Below, piece after piece: positions 9,444 to 19,768 of a stretch of 64,000 nt of DNA; positions within the stretch are counted from its first letter, which is position 1; every line of letters starts with the position of its first letter. The stretch lies in the NCBI GenBank assembly GCA_963768055.1, contig CAVYGN010000001.1, positions 1,504,001-1,568,000 of the forward strand, in the 5' to 3' direction. The notes beneath the pieces were generated by a model. That model saw nothing but the letters and a program-made list of their open reading frames with translations. It made no database searches and had not been told where the DNA came from. Origin of the DNA: an uncultured Spirochaetota bacterium (GTDB taxonomy: Bacteria > Spirochaetota > Brevinematia > Brevinematales > JAOACQ01). The position numbers and the translations under genes are program-made.

Positions 9444-10256
9444 ATGACATTGCAGGATAAATACAAAAACCTTAAATCCATAATAAAATCGTACGGCAGA
9501 GCCGCGGTTGCTTTCTCCGGCGGGGTCGACAGCTCTTTTTTGAGCAGGGCATGTTTCGATATTTTGGGCAGCAATTCGGCGGCTATAACCATCGTATCGA
9601 TAATGAACCCTAAAAGCGAGATCGACCGGTCCCACGAAATAGCCGCCCTGATCGGAATTCCCCATTATCTCCTTTATGAGGAAACTATTGAAGACGAAAT
9701 ACTGCGTAACCCTCCCGACAGGTGCTATCATTGTAAAAAGATGGAATTCTCTAAAATAATACAAAAGGCTTCCGGTCTTAACATCGGTACAGTCGTTGAC
9801 GGATCGAATTTCGACGACCTTTCGGATTACAGGCCCGGAATGCGGGCTCTGAAAGAGCTGGGGGTCAAAAGCCCTCTCAGGGAAGCGGGACTATCGAAAA
9901 AAGAGATCCGTGAATTGTCGAGGAATTCAGGTTTACCGACATGGGATAAACCGTCTTTCGCCTGCCTTGCTTCAAGGATCCCATATGAAGAAAGGATAAC
10001 AAAAGAAAAACTGCTCCGTGTCGACAGGTCGGAAGAATACCTGAGGAAAATCGGTTTTATTCAATTCAGGGTTAGAAGCCATGGAGATCTGGCCAGGATC
10101 GAAGTCAGCCCTGAAGAAAGGCCTAAAATGCTCGATTTAAAAATAATGGATGAAATTTCGTCCGTTTTAAAATCATTCGGATTTATCTATGTGTCCCTGG
10201 ACCTCGAAGGATATAAAACCGGAAGTATGAACCGCTTGCTGGAAGGGCGCTTCTAA
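9444..10256 (+). CDS. larE: ATP-dependent sulfur transferase LarE
   Basis: PP-loop AFSGGVDS, RCYHCK, DYRPG, SFACLASRIPYG-like segment; start moved to ATG 9444 (MTLQDKY). Confidence 0.93.
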   Translation: MTLQDKYKNLKSIIKSYGRAAVAFSGGVDSSFLSRACFDILGSNSAAITIVSIMNPKSEIDRSHEIAALIGIPHYLLYEETIEDEILRNPPDRCYHCKKMEFSKIIQKASGLNIGTVVDGSNFDDLSDYRPGMRALKELGVKSPLREAGLSKKEIRELSRNSGLPTWDKPSFACLASRIPYEERITKEKLLRVDRSEEYLRKIGFIQFRVRSHGDLARIEVSPEERPKMLDLKIMDEISSVLKSFGFIYVSLDLEGYKTGSMNRLLEGRF

Positions 10257-10355
10257 TAACCGCCTTTCTAAGGCGGATAGGTAGCGCCCATAGGGCGGTT
10301 TCATTATGATTAGAACATCTTATATTAATAATAAGCTTAGTTTTTGGAACCACCC
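10245..10355. mobile_element. MITE copy M1
   Basis: GGGCGCTTCTAATAAC...TTTTGGAACCACCC; internal similarity to 44189-44314 and 17870-18106. Confidence 0.8.
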
Positions 10356-10359
10356 TGAG

Positions 10360-11805
10360 TCATATTACGGGGAGGTTTGTCTTTCCCATCAGGTAAAGGT
10401 CAATAAAATGCGCGGCCTTGCGTCCCTCTGAAATGGCCCACACTATAAGGGATTGGCCCCTCCTCATATCCCCGGCGCAGAAAACCGGCTCCCTGCTTGT
10501 CATAAAATCAGTCCCCGTCAGGACATTACCCCTCTCATCGCATTTAATCTTGAGAACATCGATAAGGCCTTTATGAACAGGGCCTGTAAATCCTAATGCC
10601 AGCAATACCAGGTCGGCGTCTATCGTAAAGCCGCTGCCGCTTATTTCTTTCATAACCGGCAGGCCCTTTGCGTCATTATGGCGAAGCTCAACCCTTACAC
10701 ATGACAGCCGGCTTACACGGCCCCCTCTTCCGATAAATTTCTTTGTCGAAACCGACCAGTCCCTTTGACCACCCTCTTCGTGGCTTGAGGAAGTTTTTAA
10801 GATCATAGGGTATAAGGGCCAGGGATACCTTTCTGTCCTTTGTTCAGGGGGCTGAGGCAACAGTTCTATCTGGACAACGCAGGAGGCGCCCTGCCTGTGA
10901 GCGGTGCCTACACAGTCCGATCCCGTGTCGCCTCCGCCGATTACCACTACACGCTTGTCCCGGGCGTCTATAAGTTCCCCATTTGCTATCTCTTCTCCGG
11001 CGACCCTCCTGTTAGACTGGCTGAGGTAATCCATGGCAAAATGAATACCCTTCAGTTCCCTTCCCTCGATTTTTAAGTCTCTGGGTTCCCTTGCCCCTCC
11101 GGTAAGGCAGACGGCGTCAAATTCATTCAACAGGCGTTCAGCTTTTAAATCGATGCCTGCGTTAACTCCGGTTGTAAAATTAATCCCCTCTTTGATGAAT
11201 AGATCGACCCGCCTGTCCAATATGCTTTTTTCAAGTTTAAAATCGGGAATACCATAACGAAGCAAACCCCCGATTTTATCATCTTTTTCGTAAACCGTTA
11301 CATTATGGCCGGCTTTATTAAGCTGGGCGGCGCACGAAAGACCGGCAGGTCCGGAGCCTATAACGGCGATTTTTTCCCCTGTCCTTTTTAGAGGGGGTTC
11401 CGGCTTGATAAATCCAGTTTCAAATGCATGCTCGATAATATCAAGCTCATTTTCCCTTATCGATACAGGATCATCGTTAATGCCCAGAACGCATGAATAT
11501 TCACATGGCGAGGGGCATAGCCTCCCGGTTATTTCCGGGAGATTGTTGCAGGCCTGTAAAAGCTCCACCGCCCTTGTCCATTGTTTTTTATATGCTGCGT
11601 CATTCCAATCCGGGATAGAGCTGCCGACCGGACAGCTCCAATGACAAAAAGGAGTGCCGCAATCCATACAGCGTGACGCCTGTTCTCCTGAGATTTCCGA
11701 GTCTCTGGGAAGGCTTACTTCATTGTAATCATGAATTCGCTCACAAACCGGCCTGTATTCCGTTTTTTTTCTTCCTATCTTTAAAAAACCGTTAGTGTCA
11801 CCCAT
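10360..11805 (-). CDS. gltD: glutamate synthase small subunit
   Basis: RCMDCGTPFC, GRLCPSPCE, GSGPAGL, IGGGDTGSDC, GDMRRGQSLIVWAI. Confidence 0.97.
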   Translation of the reverse strand: MGDTNGFLKIGRKKTEYRPVCERIHDYNEVSLPRDSEISGEQASRCMDCGTPFCHWSCPVGSSIPDWNDAAYKKQWTRAVELLQACNNLPEITGRLCPSPCEYSCVLGINDDPVSIRENELDIIEHAFETGFIKPEPPLKRTGEKIAVIGSGPAGLSCAAQLNKAGHNVTVYEKDDKIGGLLRYGIPDFKLEKSILDRRVDLFIKEGINFTTGVNAGIDLKAERLLNEFDAVCLTGGAREPRDLKIEGRELKGIHFAMDYLSQSNRRVAGEEIANGELIDARDKRVVVIGGGDTGSDCVGTAHRQGASCVVQIELLPQPPEQRTERYPWPLYPMILKTSSSHEEGGQRDWSVSTKKFIGRGGRVSRLSCVRVELRHNDAKGLPVMKEISGSGFTIDADLVLLALGFTGPVHKGLIDVLKIKCDERGNVLTGTDFMTSREPVFCAGDMRRGQSLIVWAISEGRKAAHFIDLYLMGKTNLPVI

Positions 11806-14800
11806 CGTAGTCCTCCATAAGGTTTAACTTTCGGGTCATTTCTTTCTCCTTGAGAAGCTTTTTATATTCGAGGGGCATAACTTTTACAAATTTTTGCTTA
11901 ATTTCCCTCAAAGCATCAAATATATTTTTTGCGTATATACTCCCGGTGTATTTAAAATGATTATGGACCAATTTACTGATTATTTTGAGGTCTTCTTCGG
12001 TAATTTCAATCAGTTCCACCATATCCGTATTGCATTTATCTTTAAAATCGCCTTCCGGGTCATAGACATAAGCTACACCGCCGGACATACCCGCGCCGAA
12101 ATTTCTGCCTGTCTTCCCCAGTACGACAACTTTACCGCCTGTCATATATTCGCAGGCATGATCTCCTACACCCTCGACTACAGCGTTTATGCCGGAATTT
12201 CTTATGCAGAATCTTTCGCCTGCTATTCCAGCAACATAAGCCTCGCCGCTGATCGCGCCGTAGAAAGCGGTGTTGCCGATGATAATATTTTCTTCGGATC
12301 TGTAATCGCTTTTCTTATCAGGGTAAATTATGATCTTTCCCCCTGAAATGCCCTTTCCGACATAATCGTTTGCCAGGCCCTCAAGTTCGAACGTAACCCC
12401 GCCGGCAAGCCAGGAACCGAAGCTCTGTCCTGCCGTTCCTTTGAAATGATAAACTATGGTATCCTGAGACAGGCCCTTTTCTCCGTATATTCCGCAGATG
12501 GCGCCGGAAAGCATGGCTCCTGTTGTCCTGTCGGAATTCCTGATTGTAAATTCTTCTCTTACAGGTTCAGAATGTTTTAAAGCTTTCTTAGCATACCTGA
12601 TCAAATTATGGTCAAGAACCTCCCCAAGGCCATGGTCCTGGAGAGAGGTCTGGAATAATCCTGTCGATCCGCTTACTTCAGGCTTATACAGAATCCTTGA
12701 AAAATCGATATTTTTAGTTTTTACGGTTAATATTTCCCTGTTTATGTCCAGAAGTTCCGTTTTCCCGATCAGTCCGTCTATCGATCTTATTCCGAGGCCC
12801 GCCATTATCTCGCGAGTCTCATGAGCGACAAATTTCAAATAGTTCATTATATATTCGGGCCGTCCGCCGAATCTTTTCCTCAGCTTTTCGTCCTGGGTCG
12901 CCACCCCAACTGAACAAGTATTGAGATTACAATGCCTGAGCATTACACATCCTATGGATACCAGAATCGCCGTACCGAACCCGTATTCCTCCGCTCCAAG
13001 GATGGCGGCAATAACGACGTCCCTCCCTGTCCTGATCTGGCCGTCGGTCTGGAGCCTTACCCGGCTTCGCAGATTATGGAGCACAAGGGTCTGGTGGGTT
13101 TCAGAGATCCCGAGCTCCCATGGAAGACCGGCGTTCCGGATGGAACTCCATGGTGAGGCCCCGGTCCCTCCGTCCCCGCCCGATATCAATATCATATCGG
13201 CATGGCCCTTTGCCACGCCGGCGGCAATTGTACCTACGCCGATTTCAGAGACAAGCTTAACGCTTATCCTCGCCATAGGGTTTGTGTTCTTCAGGTCGAA
13301 AATAAGCTGGGCCAGATCCTCAATGGAATAAATGTCATGATGGGGCGGCGGGGATATTAAAGTAACACCGGGTGTCGTATACCTTGTTTTTGCAATATTA
13401 ATACTGACCTTATGCCCGGGGAGTTGCCCTCCTTCCCCCGGTTTCGCTCCCTGTGCTATTTTTATCTGGATTTCATCCGCATTAGAAAGATAATTTGTAG
13501 TAACGCCGAACCTTCCGGATGCGACCTGCTTTATAGAACTCCTCATGCTGGCTCCTCCGGGTAGGGGCTTAAAACGGGCAGGGTCTTCCCCGCCTTCTCC
13601 TGTATTTGATTTCGCACCTAAGCTGTTCATAGCTAAGGCAATAGTCTCATGGGCTTCTTTTGAAAGCGATCCGAAGCTCATAGCCCCTGAAGCGAATCTT
13701 TTTATTATACTCTCTTCGCTTTCCACCTCTTCAACAGGAATTGAAAGGCCAGGTCTGAATTTTAATAAAGAACGTAATGTAACAGGATTTTTCGACTGGT
13801 CGTTTATAAGTTTAGAAAATTCCTTGAACCTTTCATAATCTCCCTTTCTTACTGAATCCTGAAGAGCCGAGATACTTTCAGGGTTCCAGAGATGGACTTC
13901 CCCGTCTCTCTTCCATTGATATATTCCCCCGGTATTCAGAATTTCATTTTTAAATTCTTCCCTGAATGGAAAAGCATCCCTGTGCCTTGACATCGCTTCA
14001 TCTGCAGCAATATCGAAGCCAATTCCCCCGATCCTCGATACCGTTCCGTGGAAGCATTTTTCGATTATCTCGTCCGACAGGCCGAGGGCTTCATAAATCC
14101 CGGCCCCCCTGTAACTCTGTAGAGTCGAGATCCCCATTTTGGACAGGATTTTTAGAATTCCCTTGTCGACTGATTTTATATAATTGTGAATGGCTTCCGC
14201 GGCGTTAATATTCAAATCCCTTTCTTTAACCATGAACTTTATAGCCTCAAATGCCATATACGGGTTGATACAGTCGGCGCCGAATGCGAGGAGAAGCGCA
14301 AAATGATTGACCTCTCTTACTTCCCCGCTCTCGATAATAAAGCTTGCGGCCGATCTTTTTCCGGATGCCGTTAAAAATTGCCGAATATACCCTAGAGCGA
14401 GAAGCGACGGGATCGCCGCATAATCATGCCCTATTCCCCTGTCGCTTAAAATGAAATAAAAATAGCCTTCGCCTATCAAATCCAGGATTTCCCTGCAGGC
14501 ATTATCGAGAGCTTTCATAAAGCCGCCGATCGATTTTGTTCCGAATAGTAAAGATATTCTTCTTGATTTCCTCCCCGGCAAAGAGAGTCCGGCTAATAGC
14601 TCAAGCTGTTCATCGGTCAGAACCGGGCTGTCAACCCTTATCCTTGCACAGGTATCGGGCGACTCATCAAGAATATTATTTTTAGGCCCCAGATAACTTT
14701 CAAGGCTCATTACTATTTCCTCACGGATAGGATCGATGGCCGGATTGGTGACCTGGGCAAACAATTGCTTGAAATAATTATAAAAAAGCTGGTTTTTCCT

Positions 14801-16348
14801 TGATAAAACAGCATGAGGTGTGTCATTTCCCATAGCGCCGACAGGTTCCTGGGCATTTTCAGCCATGGGTTTCATAATGCTCTTGAGTTCTTCCCTTGTA
14901 TAACCGAAGGCCTTCAGCTTTGTGATAATATCGGGTTCTTTAGATGAATTTCCCGGCTTATCTCCAGATTTTCCGGGCTGAATTTTCTGGAGGGGGATCA
15001 TGTTTTCTTTTATCCATTTCCCGTATGGGTTTCTGATAGACAACTGCTTTTTAAGGGTATCGTCCTCTATGATCTCTCCCTTATGCGTATCGATGAACAG
15101 CATCTTTCCCGGCGTAAGCCTTCCGCTTAAGAGTATATCTTCCGGCGGCGTGTCAAGAACACCGACTTCGGATGCCATTACAATTTGCCCGCTTTTCGTG
15201 ATAATATACCGGGCGGGTCGAAGCCCGTTTCTGTCAAGCATGGCTCCCAGATATCTTCCGTCGGTAAAAGCGATCGCGGCCGGGCCGTCCCAGGGTTCCA
15301 TCATACATGCATGGTAAAGATAAAAATCCCTGAGTTTTTTATCCAGAAATTTATTATATTCCCAGGCGGCCGGTATTAACATCATCATTGAATGGGGCAT
15401 GGACCTGCCTGACAAAGTCAGAAGTTCGAATACATTGTCAATGGATGCCGAATCGCTTCCCCCGGGGGTTATTATAGGAAAAAGCTTTTTGATATTTTCC
15501 CCGAATAAGGAACTTTCCATAAGGTTTTCCATAGCTTTCATAGAATTGATATTACCGCGAATAGTATTAATCTCTCCGTTATGCGCAAGAAACCTGAAGG
15601 GCTGGGCCAGTTCCCAGGACGGGAAAGTGTTTGTACTGTATCTCGAATGTACAAGGCAAATCGCGCTTTCAATATCCGGTTCTTTAAGGTCAAGGTAAAA
15701 ATTTTCAACCTGGGAGGGTTTTAAAAGTCCCTTATAGCAGACTGTCCGGCTTGACAGGTTCGTGATATAGAATGCGGTTTTACGTTCCAGTTTGGAAGCG
15801 TGGACAGTATTCTCAATTATTTTCCTGGCTATGTATAATTTTCTTTCGAACCATAGCTCGTCGGTTTCCTTTAACTGTTCCTGCCTGTTCCCCCTGATAA
15901 TAAATACCTGTTCGATCAGCGGTTCGGTTTTCCTTGCATAATCGCCGATGCCGGAATTATCGACCGGGACTTTTCTCCATCCAAGGAGTTTGAGATTATT
16001 TTCATTTAAGATCTTTTCAAATATGTTTTTGCAGACTTTTTTATCTTCTTCGTCATCAGGTAAAAAAACGATCCCGGTGCCGTATTCCCCCTCCGGGGGA
16101 AGCCTGATATTATCGTCATTGCATGCCCGGCAAAAGAACCTGTGGGGGATCTGGATCAGTATTCCTGCTCCGTCCCCTGTTTTGGGGTCCGCGCCGGTAG
16201 CGCCCCTGTGAGCCAGCCTGTTTAAGATCTCTATTCCCTGTTTAATGATTATATTCGATTTTACCCCCTTGATGCTGCATATAAAGCCAACCCCGCAAGA
16301 ATCATGCTCAAATTCAGGATCATAAAGACCCTGTTTTTTCAAACCCAT
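11798..16348 (-). CDS. gltB: glutamate synthase large subunit
   Basis: EHDSCGVG N-terminal Cys, HSRYSTNT, AQGAKPGEGGQLPG, CVMLRHCNLNTC. Confidence 0.98.
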   Translation of the reverse strand: MGLKKQGLYDPEFEHDSCGVGFICSIKGVKSNIIIKQGIEILNRLAHRGATGADPKTGDGAGILIQIPHRFFCRACNDDNIRLPPEGEYGTGIVFLPDDEEDKKVCKNIFEKILNENNLKLLGWRKVPVDNSGIGDYARKTEPLIEQVFIIRGNRQEQLKETDELWFERKLYIARKIIENTVHASKLERKTAFYITNLSSRTVCYKGLLKPSQVENFYLDLKEPDIESAICLVHSRYSTNTFPSWELAQPFRFLAHNGEINTIRGNINSMKAMENLMESSLFGENIKKLFPIITPGGSDSASIDNVFELLTLSGRSMPHSMMMLIPAAWEYNKFLDKKLRDFYLYHACMMEPWDGPAAIAFTDGRYLGAMLDRNGLRPARYIITKSGQIVMASEVGVLDTPPEDILLSGRLTPGKMLFIDTHKGEIIEDDTLKKQLSIRNPYGKWIKENMIPLQKIQPGKSGDKPGNSSKEPDIITKLKAFGYTREELKSIMKPMAENAQEPVGAMGNDTPHAVLSRKNQLFYNYFKQLFAQVTNPAIDPIREEIVMSLESYLGPKNNILDESPDTCARIRVDSPVLTDEQLELLAGLSLPGRKSRRISLLFGTKSIGGFMKALDNACREILDLIGEGYFYFILSDRGIGHDYAAIPSLLALGYIRQFLTASGKRSAASFIIESGEVREVNHFALLLAFGADCINPYMAFEAIKFMVKERDLNINAAEAIHNYIKSVDKGILKILSKMGISTLQSYRGAGIYEALGLSDEIIEKCFHGTVSRIGGIGFDIAADEAMSRHRDAFPFREEFKNEILNTGGIYQWKRDGEVHLWNPESISALQDSVRKGDYERFKEFSKLINDQSKNPVTLRSLLKFRPGLSIPVEEVESEESIIKRFASGAMSFGSLSKEAHETIALAMNSLGAKSNTGEGGEDPARFKPLPGGASMRSSIKQVASGRFGVTTNYLSNADEIQIKIAQGAKPGEGGQLPGHKVSINIAKTRYTTPGVTLISPPPHHDIYSIEDLAQLIFDLKNTNPMARISVKLVSEIGVGTIAAGVAKGHADMILISGGDGGTGASPWSSIRNAGLPWELGISETHQTLVLHNLRSRVRLQTDGQIRTGRDVVIAAILGAEEYGFGTAILVSIGCVMLRHCNLNTCSVGVATQDEKLRKRFGGRPEYIMNYLKFVAHETREIMAGLGIRSIDGLIGKTELLDINREILTVKTKNIDFSRILYKPEVSGSTGLFQTSLQDHGLGEVLDHNLIRYAKKALKHSEPVREEFTIRNSDRTTGAMLSGAICGIYGEKGLSQDTIVYHFKGTAGQSFGSWLAGGVTFELEGLANDYVGKGISGGKIIIYPDKKSDYRSEENIIIGNTAFYGAISGEAYVAGIAGERFCIRNSGINAVVEGVGDHACEYMTGGKVVVLGKTGRNFGAGMSGGVAYVYDPEGDFKDKCNTDMVELIEITEEDLKIISKLVHNHFKYTGSIYAKNIFDALREIKQKFVKVMPLEYKKLLKEKEMTRKLNLMEDYDG

Positions 16349-16404
16349 AAACTTCCTCGCATGTACATATGGTAATTTTATTTTCGATTTACATCAATTA
16401 ATTA

Positions 16405-17190
16405 CTATTCTTGATGTGCGAAAATTTCTTCGTAAAAATTCTTCATTGCAATCCAGGAACGTCTGTCTGAAAGTGCGTTATAAGCTACACCGGTTGAAGG
16501 ATCGTTCCCCGAATCCGGATTTGTAAACGCATGAACGGTTCCGCTATAGAGGACCACCTGCCAGTCTACCTTTGTCTTTCTCATTGAATTCTCGAAATCG
16601 TTTAAAATTTTCGCATTGACAAAGGGGTCTTCAGCGCCATGAAGCACCAGGACTTTTCCCTTGATGTTCGCGTTTGAGTCAGGATTCGGTGAATCCAGAC
16701 TTCCATGGAATGAAACAATACCCTTAATATCCTCGCCGCTTCTTCCAAGCTCAAGTACTACGCCCCCGCCGAAACAGTAGCCCATAGCGGCAATCCTGGA
16801 AGTATCAACGTTCGGACTTTGCCTGAGGATGTTCAAAGCCGCCATGGCTCTCGAAAGCATTAATTTCCTGTCCTTCCTGTAAATACCGGCAAGTTTCCCG
16901 GCTTCTTCCCTGGTTTTTGCCTTTACGCCTTTCCCGTAAATATCGGCCGCGAAAGCTACATATCCCAGCCCGGCAATTTCCTCCGCCCTCCTAATTATAT
17001 ATGGATTAATGCCCCAATATTCATGCACGATAAGAATCCCGGGCTGTTTGCTCGTAGCGGAATTATCGTAAGCCAGGTAGCCCTCTAAAACTACATTGCC
17101 GTCTTTGTACTCAACATTTTTTTTAATTATCTCCGGATATGACAGGGCCCATAGAAAAAGAATGAATAAAACTGCGCTTATAATTCTCAT
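16405..17190 (-). CDS. dienelactone hydrolase family protein (exported)
   Basis: Signal peptide; HEYWG, GYCFGG nucleophile, HGAED, HAFTNP. Confidence 0.9.
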   Translation of the reverse strand: MRIISAVLFILFLWALSYPEIIKKNVEYKDGNVVLEGYLAYDNSATSKQPGILIVHEYWGINPYIIRRAEEIAGLGYVAFAADIYGKGVKAKTREEAGKLAGIYRKDRKLMLSRAMAALNILRQSPNVDTSRIAAMGYCFGGGVVLELGRSGEDIKGIVSFHGSLDSPNPDSNANIKGKVLVLHGAEDPFVNAKILNDFENSMRKTKVDWQVVLYSGTVHAFTNPDSGNDPSTGVAYNALSDRRSWIAMKNFYEEIFAHQE

Positions 17191-17191
17191 A

Positions 17192-17836
17192 TCATCCTCC
17201 GTGCGCTTTTTCCAATAACAGCCTTACCTCTTCATCCGTCGTTTGAGTAAAGTCTTCATACCATTCACCCACGGATGAAAAATAATCGGGAGTCGAATAA
17301 CAAATAACCTCGTCGGCCTCTTCCAATAGCTCCTCACAGGATGAACGGGGAGCAACCGGTATCGACACGATTATCCTGGAAGCTCCCATCTTTCGGAGCG
17401 CCTTCACAGCCGCCTTCATTGAAGCGCCTGTGGCTAATCCATCGTCAATGATGATAATTGTTTTTTCTTTAATGATCTGCGGTTGGGCATCTTTCCTGTA
17501 AAGGAGCTCTCTTCGCGACAACTCATTTCTTTCCGATTCGCTTACTTTCATGATCGACGATTCATTAATTCTGAGCCCTCCTATCACGTCGTCATTGAGT
17601 ACTATTACGCCCCCCTGGGCTATTGCTCCCATAGCCAGTTCAGGGTTTCCGGGAGCGCCTAACTTGCGGACTATAAAAACATCAAGCGGCAGTTTGAGTG
17701 CTGTCGAAACTTCATATGCAACGGGCACCCCCCCTCTTGGCAGTGCGAGAACAATAGCATCGGAACCTTTATATTTTTCCAGCTTTTCCGCAAGCAGCGC
17801 TCCGGCTTCCCTTCTGTCACTGAATAACCTGTTCAT
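17192..17836 (-). CDS. phosphoribosyltransferase family protein
   Basis: FSDRREAG, LALPRGGVPV, IIDDGLATGAS; start moved to ATG 17836 (GGGAGG RBS), because the longer ORF starts inside a MITE. Confidence 0.9.
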   Translation of the reverse strand: MNRLFSDRREAGALLAEKLEKYKGSDAIVLALPRGGVPVAYEVSTALKLPLDVFIVRKLGAPGNPELAMGAIAQGGVIVLNDDVIGGLRINESSIMKVSESERNELSRRELLYRKDAQPQIIKEKTIIIIDDGLATGASMKAAVKALRKMGASRIIVSIPVAPRSSCEELLEEADEVICYSTPDYFSSVGEWYEDFTQTTDEEVRLLLEKAHGG

Positions 17837-17869
17837 GTTTGACGCTTGCGCCTCCCGCAGGTAAATTAA

Positions 17870-18106
17870 GGGCACTTCTAAAAAAACGCCTTTTCATCGG
17901 GCAGGCCGATACAGGCACCGGACAAGCCGGTACAGGCAAGGCGGCAAGGTAGTGCTTGCGTTTATACGCAAGTATAAATGCACCTGTCCTCGTGACTGGC
18001 TCCAGGACAGGCACCAGGGCCCATAGGGTTTATGCCCGTAGGGTGCGGTTTCAATTACTAGTAGAACATCATTTATTAATAGCAAGGTTAGTTTTTATAA
18101 CCGCCC
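17870..18106. mobile_element. MITE copy M2 (longest, with nested palindromic modules)
   Basis: TTAA|GGGCACTTCTAA...TATAACCGCCC|TTAA. Confidence 0.85.
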
Positions 18107-18499
18107 TTAAAACATTATATCGACGCTCGATTCCCATAACCCATGAATATTGCAGTAACTTTCAGCTATCAGCTTACCCGGCGCATCCAGCTTGAGATTA
18201 AATGCAGCTATGGAATTCGCATAAACAGGCCCCTTATTAGGCCCGTCGACTGCCGCGCCATGTGCTGAAAAAATGCATTCGCCGACCTCGTAGATAAATT
18301 TACCGCCGTCAGGCATGAAATAGAGTTTGATCCAGGAGATATGATGCTCTGTCGTATTGGGATGAGGAATTTCTTTTCCTACCGTTACCGTAACAGTGAA
18401 AGGAACCCCGCTTTTTACCCCCGACGCGCCTTCGATCACGGGAACATGCTTTTCCTTTTTGAAATCCTCGGTTTTCAGGTAATCGCCGAGTTTTGACAT
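18107..18499 (-). CDS. superoxide reductase-like (class II SORL / neelaredoxin) protein
   Basis: EKHVP, HPNTTEHHISWI, YCNIHGLWE; start at ATG 18499 after GGAGG. Confidence 0.92.
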   Translation of the reverse strand: MSKLGDYLKTEDFKKEKHVPVIEGASGVKSGVPFTVTVTVGKEIPHPNTTEHHISWIKLYFMPDGGKFIYEVGECIFSAHGAAVDGPNKGPVYANSIAAFNLKLDAPGKLIAESYCNIHGLWESSVDIMF

Positions 18500-18556
18500 A
18501 ATCTGCCTCCATAGTTTTCGAATAATATACGAAATATGGGGTTTATCGTCAAATGC

Positions 18557-18596
18557 AAAAAAGAAAACCCCGTTCCCTCGAGGGGCGGAACGGGGG
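18557..18596 (-). terminator. intrinsic terminator downstream of the 18630-19262 gene
   Basis: CCCCGTTCC...GGAACGGGG stem followed by TTTTCTTTTTT on the minus strand. Confidence 0.7.
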
Positions 18597-18629
18597 TCTT
18601 CAAATTCAATCAATCGCTATCATGCAAGG

Positions 18630-19262
18630 TTATTTTTTGGCATGGAATTGCGGCTGGCTCCCGTTTTCGAAAATGTCCCTTTTTTCAAAGGGCTTAATGC
18701 CTGCCCCAAGCGATGAATACCCGTTAACAAGATTCGCAGCCGTGAGCCCGGTGTAATCCCTGATCAGGCCCGTGGTATCTCCCTGGAATTGATCGTCGAT
18801 AGATTTTACACCCCACCATACATAAGGCTGGGTGTTTCTGAGGAATTCTGTTTTGAAGTTCCCCAGGTAAAATATTGTTCCGGAAGCTACCGTGAAGTCT
18901 TTATCGATAACGACAGAATCGAAATCCTGTCCTTCCATATTGAGAACTATCCTGTGAAGGGTGTAATCGCCGGGGGTCAAAGAAGCAAAAAAGTAACCCT
19001 GGTTTGCATCGAGGGCAATAAACTGTTCATGTGCGCTGCCCATCGATTTAGGGATTAAGTCGAGGACCAGATAGGGTTCATGTCCGAAGAAGATAGGGCT
19101 TCTTACGGCATAGCCGTAAACCCCGTAAATATAGCCGGAACCGGGGTCCAATTTACCCCCGCTTATATTGTCCGGTTTTACATTCGCCTTATAAATATAG
19201 GACGAACACCCGGCCAGTATGAACGCTAGCGGAATTACGAATGAAATTACCAATCTTTTCAT
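18630..19262 (-). CDS. putative lipoprotein
   Basis: Lipobox LAG-C, GGAGG RBS. Confidence 0.75.
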   Translation of the reverse strand: MKRLVISFVIPLAFILAGCSSYIYKANVKPDNISGGKLDPGSGYIYGVYGYAVRSPIFFGHEPYLVLDLIPKSMGSAHEQFIALDANQGYFFASLTPGDYTLHRIVLNMEGQDFDSVVIDKDFTVASGTIFYLGNFKTEFLRNTQPYVWWGVKSIDDQFQGDTTGLIRDYTGLTAANLVNGYSSLGAGIKPFEKRDIFENGSQPQFHAKK

Positions 19263-19356
19263 AACCGCCTCCTTTAAAACGTCATATACTAATAATCTTC
19301 ATTAATATATAATTATATAAGGGATTATTGTCAAGAAAGGATGCATATGAATAATT

Positions 19357-19611
19357 CTAAGAATTCCTTATTTTCATGTAAAGGATATAAGCCGCCAGGA
19401 TCAGCGTGACGAAGTTGGCGACAGCTACGGGATACGATCTTACCAACAGCCCGTAAATCAGCCATAGGCATGTACCCAGGCAGAAGAAAAGGAACATTCC
19501 CAGCGAAAGATCGTCCGTTTTTTTGGTTTTAAAAACTTTATATGCCTGGGGTATAAAAGAACTTGTCGTACCTATGGCGGCAAGATACCCCAGGACGTCT
19601 GTGAAAGTCAT
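19357..19611 (-). CDS. SemiSWEET (MtN3/PQ-loop) sugar transporter
   Basis: 84 aa, three TM segments, FIPQ motif, KTDDLS, WLIYG, VAN. Confidence 0.92.
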   Translation of the reverse strand: MTFTDVLGYLAAIGTTSSFIPQAYKVFKTKKTDDLSLGMFLFFCLGTCLWLIYGLLVRSYPVAVANFVTLILAAYILYMKIRNS

Positions 19612-19768
19612 TATTTATCCTCCGGTGGATATTTGACCGTATATTATAATCGGAACCCGTAATATTCACAATATTCCGGTTCGGGCAGGAACGGTGAATC
19701 ACAGGGAGAAACGGACCCTGAGAGCCGTTAGCGGAGAACATAGAACTTTTGATTTAAGGAAGATAATA

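Noticed and set aside
17817..18195. Short ORFs 17817-18014, 17894-18085 and 17956-18195, and related peptides in 59636-59932 and at the start of 44272-44835
   Set aside because: The shared peptides (GPWCLSWS, RFFRSALN) come from translating MITE copies, not from a protein family.
19612..19768. Structured intergenic stretch upstream of SemiSWEET as a riboswitch
   Set aside because: An imperfect hairpin exists, but I could not match it to any known riboswitch consensus.
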